Shown here: piece after piece, positions 8,304 to 17,077 of the stretch
Position numbering within the stretch: position 1 is the first letter of the stretch
Layout of the letters: the number at the start of each line of letters is the position of its first letter
From: an uncultured Clostridia bacterium
Lineage (GTDB): Bacteria; Bacillota; Clostridia; Oscillospirales; Butyricicoccaceae
Direction: 5' to 3'
DNA length: 64,000 bases
Assembly (NCBI GenBank): GCA_947856675.1
Contig: CANUCM010000067.1
Coordinates: forward strand, 8,864 to 72,863
The notes under the pieces: model-generated
Told to the model about the DNA's origin: nothing
The model's input: the letters and a program-made list of their open reading frames with translations, nothing else
The model's database searches: none
Position numbers and translations under genes: made by a program

Positions 8304-9623
8304 TTACATGGTCAGCGTGCCGTCTTCGCTTTCAATGAGAATCAGGATGTTTTCTTCTATACCGCTCAGTGCGTTGATATACACAATCACATGCATGTCA
8401 TCCTGGGTGGTGCAGATGAACTCGTAGCACAGCAGCTCACTTTTCCAGTCCGTGGGAATCACGGCAAGCCTGGTTTCCAAAATCTTCAGGCTGCTTTCCA
8501 CTTTTGCCCGGGCATCGGCCTCTGACACCTGCGGCGTATCGATGCTGCGCTCCCGGTGGCTCATCATATATCCCCGGGATTCAAACCCGATGATTGCTCC
8601 GTCATCCAGTGCAACCGACACCTTGACAAGATCCGGGTAGATCATCACGCCATCCTGCACATGGCAGAAGTTAATGGTCAGCATGTTGTCAAAGCGGGTG
8701 TAGTAGCTTTCTTTCATGCTGCCATACCCGTGCTCTTCAAGGAAAACCGCAGCGCGCTCAACGCCTTCCTGCGCAGTAAGCGAAGCCTCTCCGACAGAGC
8801 TTGCGTCAGACATTCGGTATACAAACCCGCCGGCCTGCGAAACGTCGACGCTGACGCCCTGCTGTGTGGAAAAGCTGTAGCAGGCAATGGTGCCGCTGCC
8901 TTTATAGTCCAGGGAAAAGGAGTCTTCGGGCAGCGAGCAAAAAGCGGCTGCAGCTGCGCGTGCCTGCGCTTCGCTGACGGTTTTCTGGCCTTCCAGCATG
9001 GCGGGGTTTTGTTTTTCAAGGTGCTGGGAAAACGGGCCGTCATAAATCAGCGTGGCATATTGCGGAAATTCCTGTTCCATGGTGCTGAAGCTGTCGGCCA
9101 GCGCGGACGTGTCACTTCCTGCCTGCGGCTCGTAGTACATTTCACCGGCGTCCAGCCGGGCTTTGAGCAAAGTAAGTTCCTCTGTAAGGCTTTGCGCAGT
9201 GGTGCACAGCGAGGTCAGCGCCTCTTTCTGCTCCTGTGTGGCCGTCTGCCCACGGGAGGCCGCGCGCAGCAGGGAATAGGCGTAATCGCCTGTTCGTGCA
9301 ATGAACGTCTGGGTCTTTTCCAGGCCTTCTTCGCTCGAAGGCAGCAGGGACAGGGCGCTCTTGGCGCATTCAGCCTGCCGCCAAATTTGAGCGGAAAGGG
9401 TGGAAATTGTAGACGGTGAAGCGGTGTAGCGGATCTTCTGTAAAGCGGCGTCTAAGTCGGACAGGCTTTCGAGCAGCTCTGAATAGGCTTTTTCGTGGGA
9501 GTGGGTCAGAGTTGTCTGGTACTTTTCCGTCCGGATGCCGTAGTACAGGGTGCTTCCGGCAAAAATGATCGTCAGTGCCAGCAAAAAACTGACAAGCTGT
9601 GTCGGAAAACGCTTATCTTTCAT
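8304..9623 (-). CDS. ypeB: germination protein YpeB (PepSY-domain protein)
   Basis: 439 aa with an N-terminal membrane anchor. The YpeB-like N-domain includes AYSELLESLSDLDAAL...IWRQAECAKSALSLLP, and the C-terminus has PepSY-like repeats. Confidence 0.7.
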   Translation of the reverse strand: MKDKRFPTQLVSFLLALTIIFAGSTLYYGIRTEKYQTTLTHSHEKAYSELLESLSDLDAALQKIRYTASPSTISTLSAQIWRQAECAKSALSLLPSSEEGLEKTQTFIARTGDYAYSLLRAASRGQTATQEQKEALTSLCTTAQSLTEELTLLKARLDAGEMYYEPQAGSDTSALADSFSTMEQEFPQYATLIYDGPFSQHLEKQNPAMLEGQKTVSEAQARAAAAAFCSLPEDSFSLDYKGSGTIACYSFSTQQGVSVDVSQAGGFVYRMSDASSVGEASLTAQEGVERAAVFLEEHGYGSMKESYYTRFDNMLTINFCHVQDGVMIYPDLVKVSVALDDGAIIGFESRGYMMSHRERSIDTPQVSEADARAKVESSLKILETRLAVIPTDWKSELLCYEFICTTQDDMHVIVYINALSGIEENILILIESEDGTLTM

Positions 9624-9780
9624 ACGAGGCCTCCTGAAAGGGGTTGTTTTGCTGTATTTTTAGCAAATAATTTACAATTATTCCCCTTGCAGCCAGAGTC
9701 AGTGCTTGCCCTTTTTTCGACGTTATGATAAGATAACTATGTGTGTTGTGAATCAAATCACTTTTGAAAGGGAGAGATTC

Positions 9781-10980
9781 ATGGAGTTTCATTTTTCGGA
9801 GAGAATGCTCACGCTCAAGCCGTCGGTTATCCGTGAGATACTGAAAAGCGTCACGCCGGATATGATTGCATTTGCAGCCGGCAACCCGTCAACCGACACG
9901 TTCCCCATTGAGGAAATGGGGCAAATTGCAAACGAGCTGTTTGCCGATAAAACGCGTATTGCGAGCATTTTGCAGTACGGCGTTTCGGAGGGGTATCAGC
10001 CTCTGCGCGAAAGCTGCTTTGCCCGCATGCGCGGCAAGTACCAGACCGGCGCGGATTTTGACGAGCTGATCATCACAAGCGGCGGGCAGCAGGCCATTGA
10101 TTTGCTCAGCAAGGCCATGCTCGATCCGGGGGACACCGTGATTGTCGAAGGTCCCAGCTTTATTGGTTCGCTGAACACCTTCCGGACATACCAGGCCAAT
10201 CTGGTCGCTGCGCCCATGCAGCCCGACGGCATGGATCTTGATGTGCTGGAGAACCTTCTTAAAACCGAGAAAAACGTCAAGTTCATTTACATCATTTCCA
10301 CATTCCAGAACCCGTCCGGTTATACGACCAGCCTTGAAAAGCGCCACGCCATTTTGGAGCTGGCCCGCCGTTACGACGTTTTGATTCTGGAAGACAACCC
10401 CTATTTTGAGCTGCGGTATGAGGGCGAATACGTGCCCAACATCAAGAGCCTGGACAAGGAAGGCCGTGTCGTCTATGCGGGCTCGTACTCCAAGATACTT
10501 TCCGCCGGCATCCGTCTGGGCTTTGCCATCGGCCACAGGGATTTGATTTCCAAAATGGTCATCGGCAAACAGGCCAGCGACGTGCATACCAACCTGTTTT
10601 TCCAGGTGGTGGCTGCAGAGTACATGAACCGTTTCGATCTGGACGCACACATTGAGAAAGCCCGCGGGATTTATCGTGAAAAGCGCGATTTGATGCTTTC
10701 CTGCCTTGGGGCCAAGCTGCCGGATTGCGTAACCTTCTCCCGGCCGCAGGGCGGACTGTTTGTCTGGATGGATTTGCCGGCCGGGTCGGACGGAAAGGAT
10801 CTTGCCGCATTGACCGTCAAGCAGAAAGTGTCCATCGTCCCGGGCAACTGCTTTATGGTGGATGACGCAAAGGTCAACAGCGGCGTGCGTCTGAACTTTT
10901 CCATGCCGAGCAAGGCGCAGATTGAAAAGGGAACGGATATTCTTGCTGCCTGCGTGAAGGAATATCTCGGCAGAAAGTAA
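9781..10980 (+). CDS. PLP-dependent aminotransferase, class I/II (2-aminoadipate/aromatic aminotransferase-like)
   Basis: The homologous region starts at ATG 9781 (MEFHFSERMLTLKPSVIREILK) behind GGGAGAG. It carries a YSKILSAGIRLG-type PLP-lysine motif. The product is 399 aa. Confidence 0.8.
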   Translation: MEFHFSERMLTLKPSVIREILKSVTPDMIAFAAGNPSTDTFPIEEMGQIANELFADKTRIASILQYGVSEGYQPLRESCFARMRGKYQTGADFDELIITSGGQQAIDLLSKAMLDPGDTVIVEGPSFIGSLNTFRTYQANLVAAPMQPDGMDLDVLENLLKTEKNVKFIYIISTFQNPSGYTTSLEKRHAILELARRYDVLILEDNPYFELRYEGEYVPNIKSLDKEGRVVYAGSYSKILSAGIRLGFAIGHRDLISKMVIGKQASDVHTNLFFQVVAAEYMNRFDLDAHIEKARGIYREKRDLMLSCLGAKLPDCVTFSRPQGGLFVWMDLPAGSDGKDLAALTVKQKVSIVPGNCFMVDDAKVNSGVRLNFSMPSKAQIEKGTDILAACVKEYLGRK

Positions 10981-10998
10981 ACTTTAACCTCCGGAAAA

Positions 10999-11030
10999 AT
11001 GCTCCGTGCAGCCTGGCCTGCACGGAGCAT
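10999..11030 (+). terminator. hairpin downstream of the aminotransferase gene (weak terminator)
   Basis: 13-bp perfect stem atgctccgtgcag / ctgcacggagcat with a 6-nt loop. No clear U-tract follows. Confidence 0.35.
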
Positions 11031-11110
11031 CAAACGCTTTACGACGGGGAAAATAAACTGAAAGGCGGCTTCGGACCGGGATTCCGGCCGCGGCAAGGCA
11101 GGGTAAAAAC

Positions 11111-12235
11111 ATGGTTATCGACAACAATCTTATGCTGACGGCAATGTTCGCCTTCGTCACCGCACTGGCAGTTTCCTTTGCGGCCACACCGGCGGTTAAG
11201 ATATGTGCCAAGCATTTTGGGGCGGTGGATGTTCCGAAGGACAACCGCCGCATGCACAAAGTGCCCATTCCCCGCATGGGCGGGTTGGCAATTTTCCTGG
11301 GTTTTATCATCAGCACCTCACTGTTTGGGCATTTGACACGCCAAACAAGCGCCATTTTGCTCGGCGCCGTACTGATTGTCATTTTGGGCATTATTGATGA
11401 CAAAATGGCGCTGCCGCCTTCTGTAAAGTTTGTCGGACAGATTGCCGCGGCGCTGATTCCCGCGCTGAACGGCGTGGACATTGAACGATTTACCAACCCC
11501 TTTGCCGAGGGAGCTTATTTTTCTCTCGGTATTTTCGCCATTCCCGTAACCGTTATCTGGATTGTGGGACTGACCAACGCCGTCAATTTTATTGACGGGC
11601 TGGATGGGCTTGCGGTCGGCGTTTCGTCCATTGCGTCCATCACCATGTTCACCATTGCCGTTTTGGTATCGGAAACCTATGTAGCCATTATGATGGCGGC
11701 CCTGGCCGGTGCCTGCATAGGTTTTATGCCTTACAACATGAACCCCGCCAAAATCTTTATGGGCGATACCGGTTCAATGTTTTTGGGGTATATTCTGGCG
11801 ACGGTATCCATTGAAGGGCTTTTCAAGTTTTACGCTGTCATTTCGTTTGCTGTGCCTTTCATCATGCTGGGGCTTCCGATTTTTGACACAGCCTTTGCCA
11901 TTATCCGCCGCCTGCTCAAAGGGCAGAGCCCGCTTCAGGCCGATCGCGGGCACGTGCATCACAGGCTGATTGACATGGGGTTTGATCAGAAACAGTCTGT
12001 GGCAATCCTGTATGTACTCAGCGCCATTTTGGGCTTGTCCGCCGTGCTGTTAACGACAAGCGGCGAAGTGAAAATTATCATTCTTGCTGTCACCGTACTG
12101 CTTTCCGTCATCATCGGTCTCAGCATTACCGCCTATGATCAGCACAGCGAACAGCGCCACCACGAAGAAGAAACCGCGCAGCGCAGCGCCGAGGCTTCTG
12201 AGGCCGGCAAGGAGGACGGGCATGAAAAAAATTAA
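11111..12235 (+). CDS. tagO: undecaprenyl-phosphate N-acetylglucosaminyl-1-phosphate transferase (MraY/WecA family)
   Basis: 374 aa polytopic membrane protein with DNRRMHK.PIPRMGG, NAVNFIDGLDGL and the other GT4 (MraY-like) family motifs. Confidence 0.85.
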   Translation: MVIDNNLMLTAMFAFVTALAVSFAATPAVKICAKHFGAVDVPKDNRRMHKVPIPRMGGLAIFLGFIISTSLFGHLTRQTSAILLGAVLIVILGIIDDKMALPPSVKFVGQIAAALIPALNGVDIERFTNPFAEGAYFSLGIFAIPVTVIWIVGLTNAVNFIDGLDGLAVGVSSIASITMFTIAVLVSETYVAIMMAALAGACIGFMPYNMNPAKIFMGDTGSMFLGYILATVSIEGLFKFYAVISFAVPFIMLGLPIFDTAFAIIRRLLKGQSPLQADRGHVHHRLIDMGFDQKQSVAILYVLSAILGLSAVLLTTSGEVKIIILAVTVLLSVIIGLSITAYDQHSEQRHHEEETAQRSAEASEAGKEDGHEKN

Positions 12236-13373
12236 AGTACTTTCTGTTTTCGGCACCCGGCCCGAAGCGATTAAAATGGCGCCTCTCGTGCGCACTCTGG
12301 CCGCGGATGAGCGCATTGAATCGGTGGTTTGCGTAACGGCGCAGCACAGGCAGATGCTGGATCAGGTTCTGTCGGCTTTTTCCATCGTACCGCAGTATGA
12401 CCTCAACATCATGCAGCCCTCGCAGACGCTGTCATCCATCACAGTGCGCACACTGACCGGCCTGGAGCGTGTGCTGGAAGAGGCAGGCCCTGACTTGGTC
12501 CTTGTCCACGGCGATACCAGCACAACCTTTGCCGGCGCTCTGGCGGCTTTTTACCGGAAAATTCCCGTGGGGCATGTCGAGGCCGGCCTGCGCAGCTTTG
12601 ACAAATATTCCCCTTATCCCGAAGAAGCCAACCGCCGTCTTACCGGTGTTTTGGCCGAGCTTCATTTTGCGCCGACGCAGCAGAACGCAGAAAACCTGCG
12701 CCGCGAAGGTACGGTGAAAAACCTGTTTATTACCGGCAACACCGTTATCGACGCGCTGCATACGACCGTTCAGGAGGGCTATCGTTTTGAGCAGCCTGAA
12801 CTGAATGCAATTGATTATGCGGGGCGGAAAGTGGTTTTGCTTACGGCGCACCGCCGTGAGAACTACGGGCAGCCCATGGAAAACATTGTTTCTGCGGTTT
12901 CCGAGCTGGCCCAAAACTATCCTGAAGCATTGTTTGTGTACCCCGTGCACCTAAGCCCGTATGTCCAGCAAACAGCCAAAGCCGGCCTCAGCGGGCTGCC
13001 CAATGTATTGCTGATACCGCCGCTCGGCGTTTTGGATATGCACAATCTGATGGCGCGCTGCCATTTGGTGATGACGGATTCCGGCGGCCTGCAGGAAGAA
13101 GCACCGGCCCTTGGAAAACCGGTGCTGGTTCTTCGCCGGGAAACCGAACGGCCCGAAGCGGTCGAAGCCGGAACGGTGCTTCTTGCGGGTACGGAGCGCG
13201 AAGGCATTGTTGCTGCCGCCCGCCGCCTGTTTGATGATCCGGCAGCCTGGAAAGCCATGTCACATGCCGTCAATCCGTATGGTGACGGCAAGGCCTGCAG
13301 CCGTATTACCCGGGACATTTTGTATTATTTCGGATGTGTTTCGTCGCCGGCATCTGATTTTGCTCCGTTTTAA
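12222..13373 (+). CDS. mnaA: UDP-N-acetylglucosamine 2-epimerase (non-hydrolysing)
   Basis: The homologous region starts at ATG 12222 (MKKIKVLSVFGTRPEAIKMAPL) behind GGAGGA. It contains HGDTSTT, HVEAGLR and DSGGLQEE motifs. The product is 383 aa and overlaps the tagO end. Confidence 0.9.
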   Translation: MKKIKVLSVFGTRPEAIKMAPLVRTLAADERIESVVCVTAQHRQMLDQVLSAFSIVPQYDLNIMQPSQTLSSITVRTLTGLERVLEEAGPDLVLVHGDTSTTFAGALAAFYRKIPVGHVEAGLRSFDKYSPYPEEANRRLTGVLAELHFAPTQQNAENLRREGTVKNLFITGNTVIDALHTTVQEGYRFEQPELNAIDYAGRKVVLLTAHRRENYGQPMENIVSAVSELAQNYPEALFVYPVHLSPYVQQTAKAGLSGLPNVLLIPPLGVLDMHNLMARCHLVMTDSGGLQEEAPALGKPVLVLRRETERPEAVEAGTVLLAGTEREGIVAAARRLFDDPAAWKAMSHAVNPYGDGKACSRITRDILYYFGCVSSPASDFAPF

Positions 13374-13396
13374 GTGGCGCAGAAGGAGGGAAGAGC

Positions 13397-14158
13397 GTGG
13401 ATAAAAAACTGCTGCTTCGTGCAGGCGCTGTCGCCGGGATTTTAGCAGCAGGACTGTTTGCCAGCTTTTACTGGCCGCAAAGCACAGGCTCTTCTCCCGA
13501 GATCATCCTGCCGCAAAGCGGAGGGACGGACATTGAGCTGGAAGGAGAAACACAGCAGTATAACCACCGCGTCATTGATGAAATCACAATGGACACAAGC
13601 TCGGTTCAGAGAGTGGTGGCTTCTTTGCGGCGCCCCGGGGAATATTCCTTTACAGGCCAGGTGACGTATTATTACGGAGATGGCCAGACGGGCGTTTTCT
13701 CCGTGCGCGGTGCGGTGCGCGGTGAGCTGTGCAAAGTGGTTCAAAGCATGCCGGACGGTCTTTTCAAGCACACTATCTTGACGCCGGCCAGTGTTTATAT
13801 TTGGAGCAGCAGCACCCTTTCCTACTATAAGGGCGCTGCTGGAAATGTTTCGGCCGACGAGCTGGCCCTTCTTCCTACCTATGAAGATTTGTTGTCGGTG
13901 CCGCAGGAAGAAATTGCGGATGCCTCCTTTGAAAAGAACGGGGAAGGGCAACTTTGTGTTTATGCGCGCCGGCTGAGCGCCGACGGGTCTTTGGAAGAGC
14001 AATACTACATTGATGTGCAGACCGGTCTGCTGACCTCATTTACAGCGTATGAGGGGGGGAAGCCGACGTATGCAATGCAGCTTACCCCCGCGGTGGAGAC
14101 GGTGGGGGATGACTGGTTCACGCTCCCGTCCGGAGCGGTCGTCACGGCTTCCGATTAA
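13397..14158 (+). CDS. hypothetical membrane-anchored/exported protein
   Basis: 253 aa with a GTG start behind GGAGGGAAG. It has an N-terminal hydrophobic helix (AGAVAGILAAGLFASF) and no motif I recognise. It lies 23 nt downstream of mnaA on the same strand. Confidence 0.6.
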   Translation: MDKKLLLRAGAVAGILAAGLFASFYWPQSTGSSPEIILPQSGGTDIELEGETQQYNHRVIDEITMDTSSVQRVVASLRRPGEYSFTGQVTYYYGDGQTGVFSVRGAVRGELCKVVQSMPDGLFKHTILTPASVYIWSSSTLSYYKGAAGNVSADELALLPTYEDLLSVPQEEIADASFEKNGEGQLCVYARRLSADGSLEEQYYIDVQTGLLTSFTAYEGGKPTYAMQLTPAVETVGDDWFTLPSGAVVTASD

Positions 14159-14457
14159 AAGCCGAGCAGCAGCAGAACGCCGATGATGAGCAGCGTATCG
14201 GTGACATTTTCATCCTCATCTGCCACGAGAAAATATACCAAAACAATGAGCAGCAGGGTATCTGCGTTGAGTTCCGGGAGCTTGAGCTCACCGCCGAGCA
14301 GATTTTTAAACAGCCCCAAAATCCCCTGGTTTTTTCCGGACGCATGCTCCTGGGCTTCGGGCTGCCCGGTGTCCGGCTGCTCTGGAGATGACTGTGTATC
14401 TCCGGCGGGCTTGAAGAAATTTTCAAACCCGCCGGAGTTCATATATCGGTTGTACAT
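14155..14457 (-). CDS. hypothetical small protein with C-terminal hydrophobic/acidic segment
   Basis: 100 aa. SD AAGGAGAG lies 10 nt upstream, inside the end of the preceding gene. The C-terminus is LLLIVLVYFLVADEDENVTDTLLIIGVLLLLGF. This is the third gene of a tiled three-gene operon. Confidence 0.6.
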   Translation of the reverse strand: MYNRYMNSGGFENFFKPAGDTQSSPEQPDTGQPEAQEHASGKNQGILGLFKNLLGGELKLPELNADTLLLIVLVYFLVADEDENVTDTLLIIGVLLLLGF

Positions 14458-14463
14458 TCCCGC

Positions 14464-14910
14464 TCATCTCTCCTTCAGCCCAAGTGCCATCTTTGCCGCC
14501 ACGGTCATATTGGCCATTTTGATGGCGCGATCGACGTTGTCTGCCCGTTCAGCCGTCATGTACGGCTTGATGGCACTGACAAGGTTGAGACGTTTTTGAT
14601 CTATGTAGCTGCTTTTTCCGGAAAAAGCGAGCAGCAGCTGCGGAAGCGCTGAAATCGGAGAGCCCGATGCGCCATTGCCGGACTGGCCCTGTGCATCGCC
14701 GGCGGATTCCGTTTTTCGGCTGTGAAGGGCCTCGATCAGCGGTCCCAGACAATCGTATGTGCTGTCGGTTTGGTTTTCGGAGGCATCGTCCTGGCACGCC
14801 GGGTGGTTTTGCCCGTTTTGCTGCCACAGCGATTCAGCGGCCTCCAGCACCTGTGAAAGGCCGTCTCCGCTTTCAAAAAGCTGTTTCAGCACTTCGCCAA
14901 GCTCTGCCAT
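14464..14910 (-). CDS. hypothetical protein
   Basis: 148 aa. AGGAG lies 11 nt upstream and the gene sits 6 nt after the upstream gene. The centre is Gln/Ser/Gly-rich, and the C-terminus has a predicted helical motif LVSAIKPYMTAERADNVDRAIKMANM. Confidence 0.6.
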   Translation of the reverse strand: MAELGEVLKQLFESGDGLSQVLEAAESLWQQNGQNHPACQDDASENQTDSTYDCLGPLIEALHSRKTESAGDAQGQSGNGASGSPISALPQLLLAFSGKSSYIDQKRLNLVSAIKPYMTAERADNVDRAIKMANMTVAAKMALGLKER

Positions 14911-14916
14911 AGCACA

Positions 14917-15198
14917 TTACACTCCTGTCAGCTCAATAATCTTACCGGCCAGAGCCGTTCCCTCTTTGGTAGACAGCAAAGTGGACAGCAAAACACGCGC
15001 ACGGTCTTTTTCAACGCCTGCGGCGGCGCGTGCAGCGGCCTTGACAGCATCTCCGCCGTCGCCGGCCAGCATGACGAGCAGCTGCCGTCCGTTTTCCGAA
15101 GAAATCGCGGTGTTAAACTTATCCAGGCTGCGGATGATCTTATTGCCCTGCGGCGTATTGATGAACATTCTGGCAAGGGCTTCGTAATCGGCTGGCAT
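14917..15198 (-). CDS. hypothetical small protein
   Basis: 93 aa, Ala-rich and probably helical. SD AGGAGGG lies 8 nt upstream of ATG 15198. This is the first gene of the three-gene operon. Confidence 0.6.
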   Translation of the reverse strand: MPADYEALARMFINTPQGNKIIRSLDKFNTAISSENGRQLLVMLAGDGGDAVKAAARAAAGVEKDRARVLLSTLLSTKEGTALAGKIIELTGV

Positions 15199-15313
15199 GG
15201 AAAATCCCTCCTGTTGTATTGAACGGCAAAGCGCAGCATTGCGCTTCCTTCTGTCACATTATATGAAAGCTTTGGCGGAAAGTTCCCGCTCAGGGCTGGA
15301 AAGGCGGAAAAAC

Positions 15314-15790
15314 TTGAAAGTCTGTGTGTGTTCTGATTCTCACGGAAATGCAGCAAACATTGATAAAATGCTGGTGCGCGAAAAGCCGGATGCCGTTTTA
15401 TTTCTTGGCGACGGGGTACAGGATTTTCTGGAAGCCTCTCTGCCCAAAGGATGCCGATTGTATTCCGTGGCAGGAAACTGTGATTTTTGCTGTCAGGAAA
15501 GCGGCATGCGGGTTTTTGAGCTGGAAGGCGTGCGCATTTTGATGGTACACGGCCACCGTCAGGCCGTCAAATACGGGCTGCTGCGCCTGGAGCTTCTGGC
15601 ACAGGAGCAAAAAGCAGACATTGCGCTGTACGGACACACGCACCGCCAGGACGCTTGCTGGGCCGGTTCCTGCCTGCTTCTGTGTCCGGGAAGCGTCGGA
15701 AGCGCCCAGTGCAGTTATGCCGTGCTGGAGCTGCAGGCGGGGCGGTTTGATTTTTCGCTGAAGCCGGAAGGGAGCTGCAGCCGTGATTAA
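15314..15790 (+). CDS. YfcE/MJ0936-family metallophosphoesterase
   Basis: The family N-terminus (M)KVCVCSDSHGN begins at TTG 15314, with GGAAAGG 9 nt upstream. GDG, GNCD and HGH motifs are present. The track start at 15197 and ATG 15263 lack homology support. Confidence 0.75.
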   Translation: MKVCVCSDSHGNAANIDKMLVREKPDAVLFLGDGVQDFLEASLPKGCRLYSVAGNCDFCCQESGMRVFELEGVRILMVHGHRQAVKYGLLRLELLAQEQKADIALYGHTHRQDACWAGSCLLLCPGSVGSAQCSYAVLELQAGRFDFSLKPEGSCSRD

Positions 15791-16271
15791 ACAAAAGGTG
15801 ACCGGGTTTCGGCATACAGTGTTTCCTGTCCTGGCAGAGGCGTTTCTGTTTCTTCTCATGCTGAGCATTCTGGAAGCAGTTTATCAAACACCCTATGGCA
15901 CTGTTTCTGTCTGGGTGGGGGCCATACTCCTTTTTACCGTCATTACCGCTGTCATAGTACACAATCTTGTGTGCTCATATGAGTACCGGCTGCTGCAGGA
16001 TACGCTGGTTTTGTGCCGTTTTGTGCGCGGCCGCGAGGTGCGCCGGCATGCCGTTCCGCTGAGGGATCCCGGTGTGGCGGTATACCGCGGAGTGCAGAGA
16101 CTGCACTCACTGCGCGTGCGCTGCCGTGTCCACCGATACTACCTGCCTTTTTTCGGAGGCGTCCGCCGGACTACCGTTTTGTGTCCCGGACGGATCGGCA
16201 CAGCGCCGATCAAGCTGGTTTTTAAACCATCGGATGAACTGTTTGATGCAGTTATGGCTGTTTTGCAGTAA
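15783..16271 (+). CDS. hypothetical membrane protein (two TM helices, possible bacterial PH/DUF304-like C-terminal domain)
   Basis: 162 aa. The GTG start overlaps the end of the phosphoesterase gene by 8 nt. Two hydrophobic helices are followed by an Arg-rich soluble part. Confidence 0.5.
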   Translation: MIKQKVTGFRHTVFPVLAEAFLFLLMLSILEAVYQTPYGTVSVWVGAILLFTVITAVIVHNLVCSYEYRLLQDTLVLCRFVRGREVRRHAVPLRDPGVAVYRGVQRLHSLRVRCRVHRYYLPFFGGVRRTTVLCPGRIGTAPIKLVFKPSDELFDAVMAVLQ

Positions 16272-16304
16272 AAAAGCACCGCTCTTCAAAGCGGTGCTTT
16301 TTTA
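16271..16304. terminator. bidirectional terminator
   Basis: Stem aaaaagcaccgc / gcggtgcttttt with an 8-nt loop and flanking A and T runs, placed between convergent genes. Confidence 0.75.
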
Positions 16305-16925
16305 TTTTTTAGCGCTGCACAAATCACTCAAAGGGCACTCGGTACACCGAGGCGATCGGGCGCGGCATATGTCCCGTCCAAAATGTACAAACCTGTGGCA
16401 AAGCGATGCCTGTTCCGAGGGCTCTACAATCTTTTTGAGATCCATCTCCACTTTGTACGGATCTGTCTGCGCAGTCAGCCCTAAACGGCCGGAAATGCGG
16501 ATGCAGTGCGTGTCGGCCACAATGGCGGGCTGGCCATAAATATCGGATAAAATAAGATTGGCTGTTTTGCGTCCGATGCCGGGCAGGGACAACAGTTCCT
16601 CCATTGTATCGGGTACGCGCCCGCCAAAACGTGAAATAAGAAGCATGGCTCCCTGCTTAATGTCGCGTCCCTTGGTTTTGTAAAGCCCGCAGGGTTTGAC
16701 AATTTCACAGATATCTTCCAGCGGAGCCTGCGCCAATGCTTCCAGTGTAGGGTATTTTGAAAACAAAATGCCGGTCACAACATTGACCCGGGCATCGGTA
16801 CATTGGGCAGACAGCCGGGTCGCAAACAACAATTCGTAGTCTTTTGCTGCAGTGAGTGAGCAGGTATCTGGGTAAAGTGCCCTAAGCCGCTCCACCACCA
16901 AGGCGGCCTTTTCTTTTTTTCTCAT
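16302..16925 (-). CDS. nth: endonuclease III
   Basis: 207 aa with an HhH-GPD motif (LLSLPGIGRKTANLIL) and a C-terminal 4Fe-4S cluster motif C..C..C.....C. Confidence 0.92.
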   Translation of the reverse strand: MRKKEKAALVVERLRALYPDTCSLTAAKDYELLFATRLSAQCTDARVNVVTGILFSKYPTLEALAQAPLEDICEIVKPCGLYKTKGRDIKQGAMLLISRFGGRVPDTMEELLSLPGIGRKTANLILSDIYGQPAIVADTHCIRISGRLGLTAQTDPYKVEMDLKKIVEPSEQASLCHRFVHFGRDICRARSPRCTECPLSDLCSAKK

Positions 16926-17007
16926 GGATTATCACCAAGCCCTGTGAAATGTTTTTGCAGACAATCAACGAAAAAACATGCAAATCAAAACAATTATAGC
17001 ATACCTG

Positions 17008-17036
17008 TTGAAAAAAAAGCAAATGAGCGATATAAT
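17008..17036 (+). promoter_or_regulatory. sigma-A-type promoter of glyA
   Basis: TTGAAA (17008-17013), 17-nt spacer, TATAAT (17031-17036), about 40 nt upstream of the glyA ATG. Confidence 0.55.
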
Positions 17037-17077
17037 TTTTCTCGGAATGATAATTTTCTGATAGGAGGTTTTTCTCT

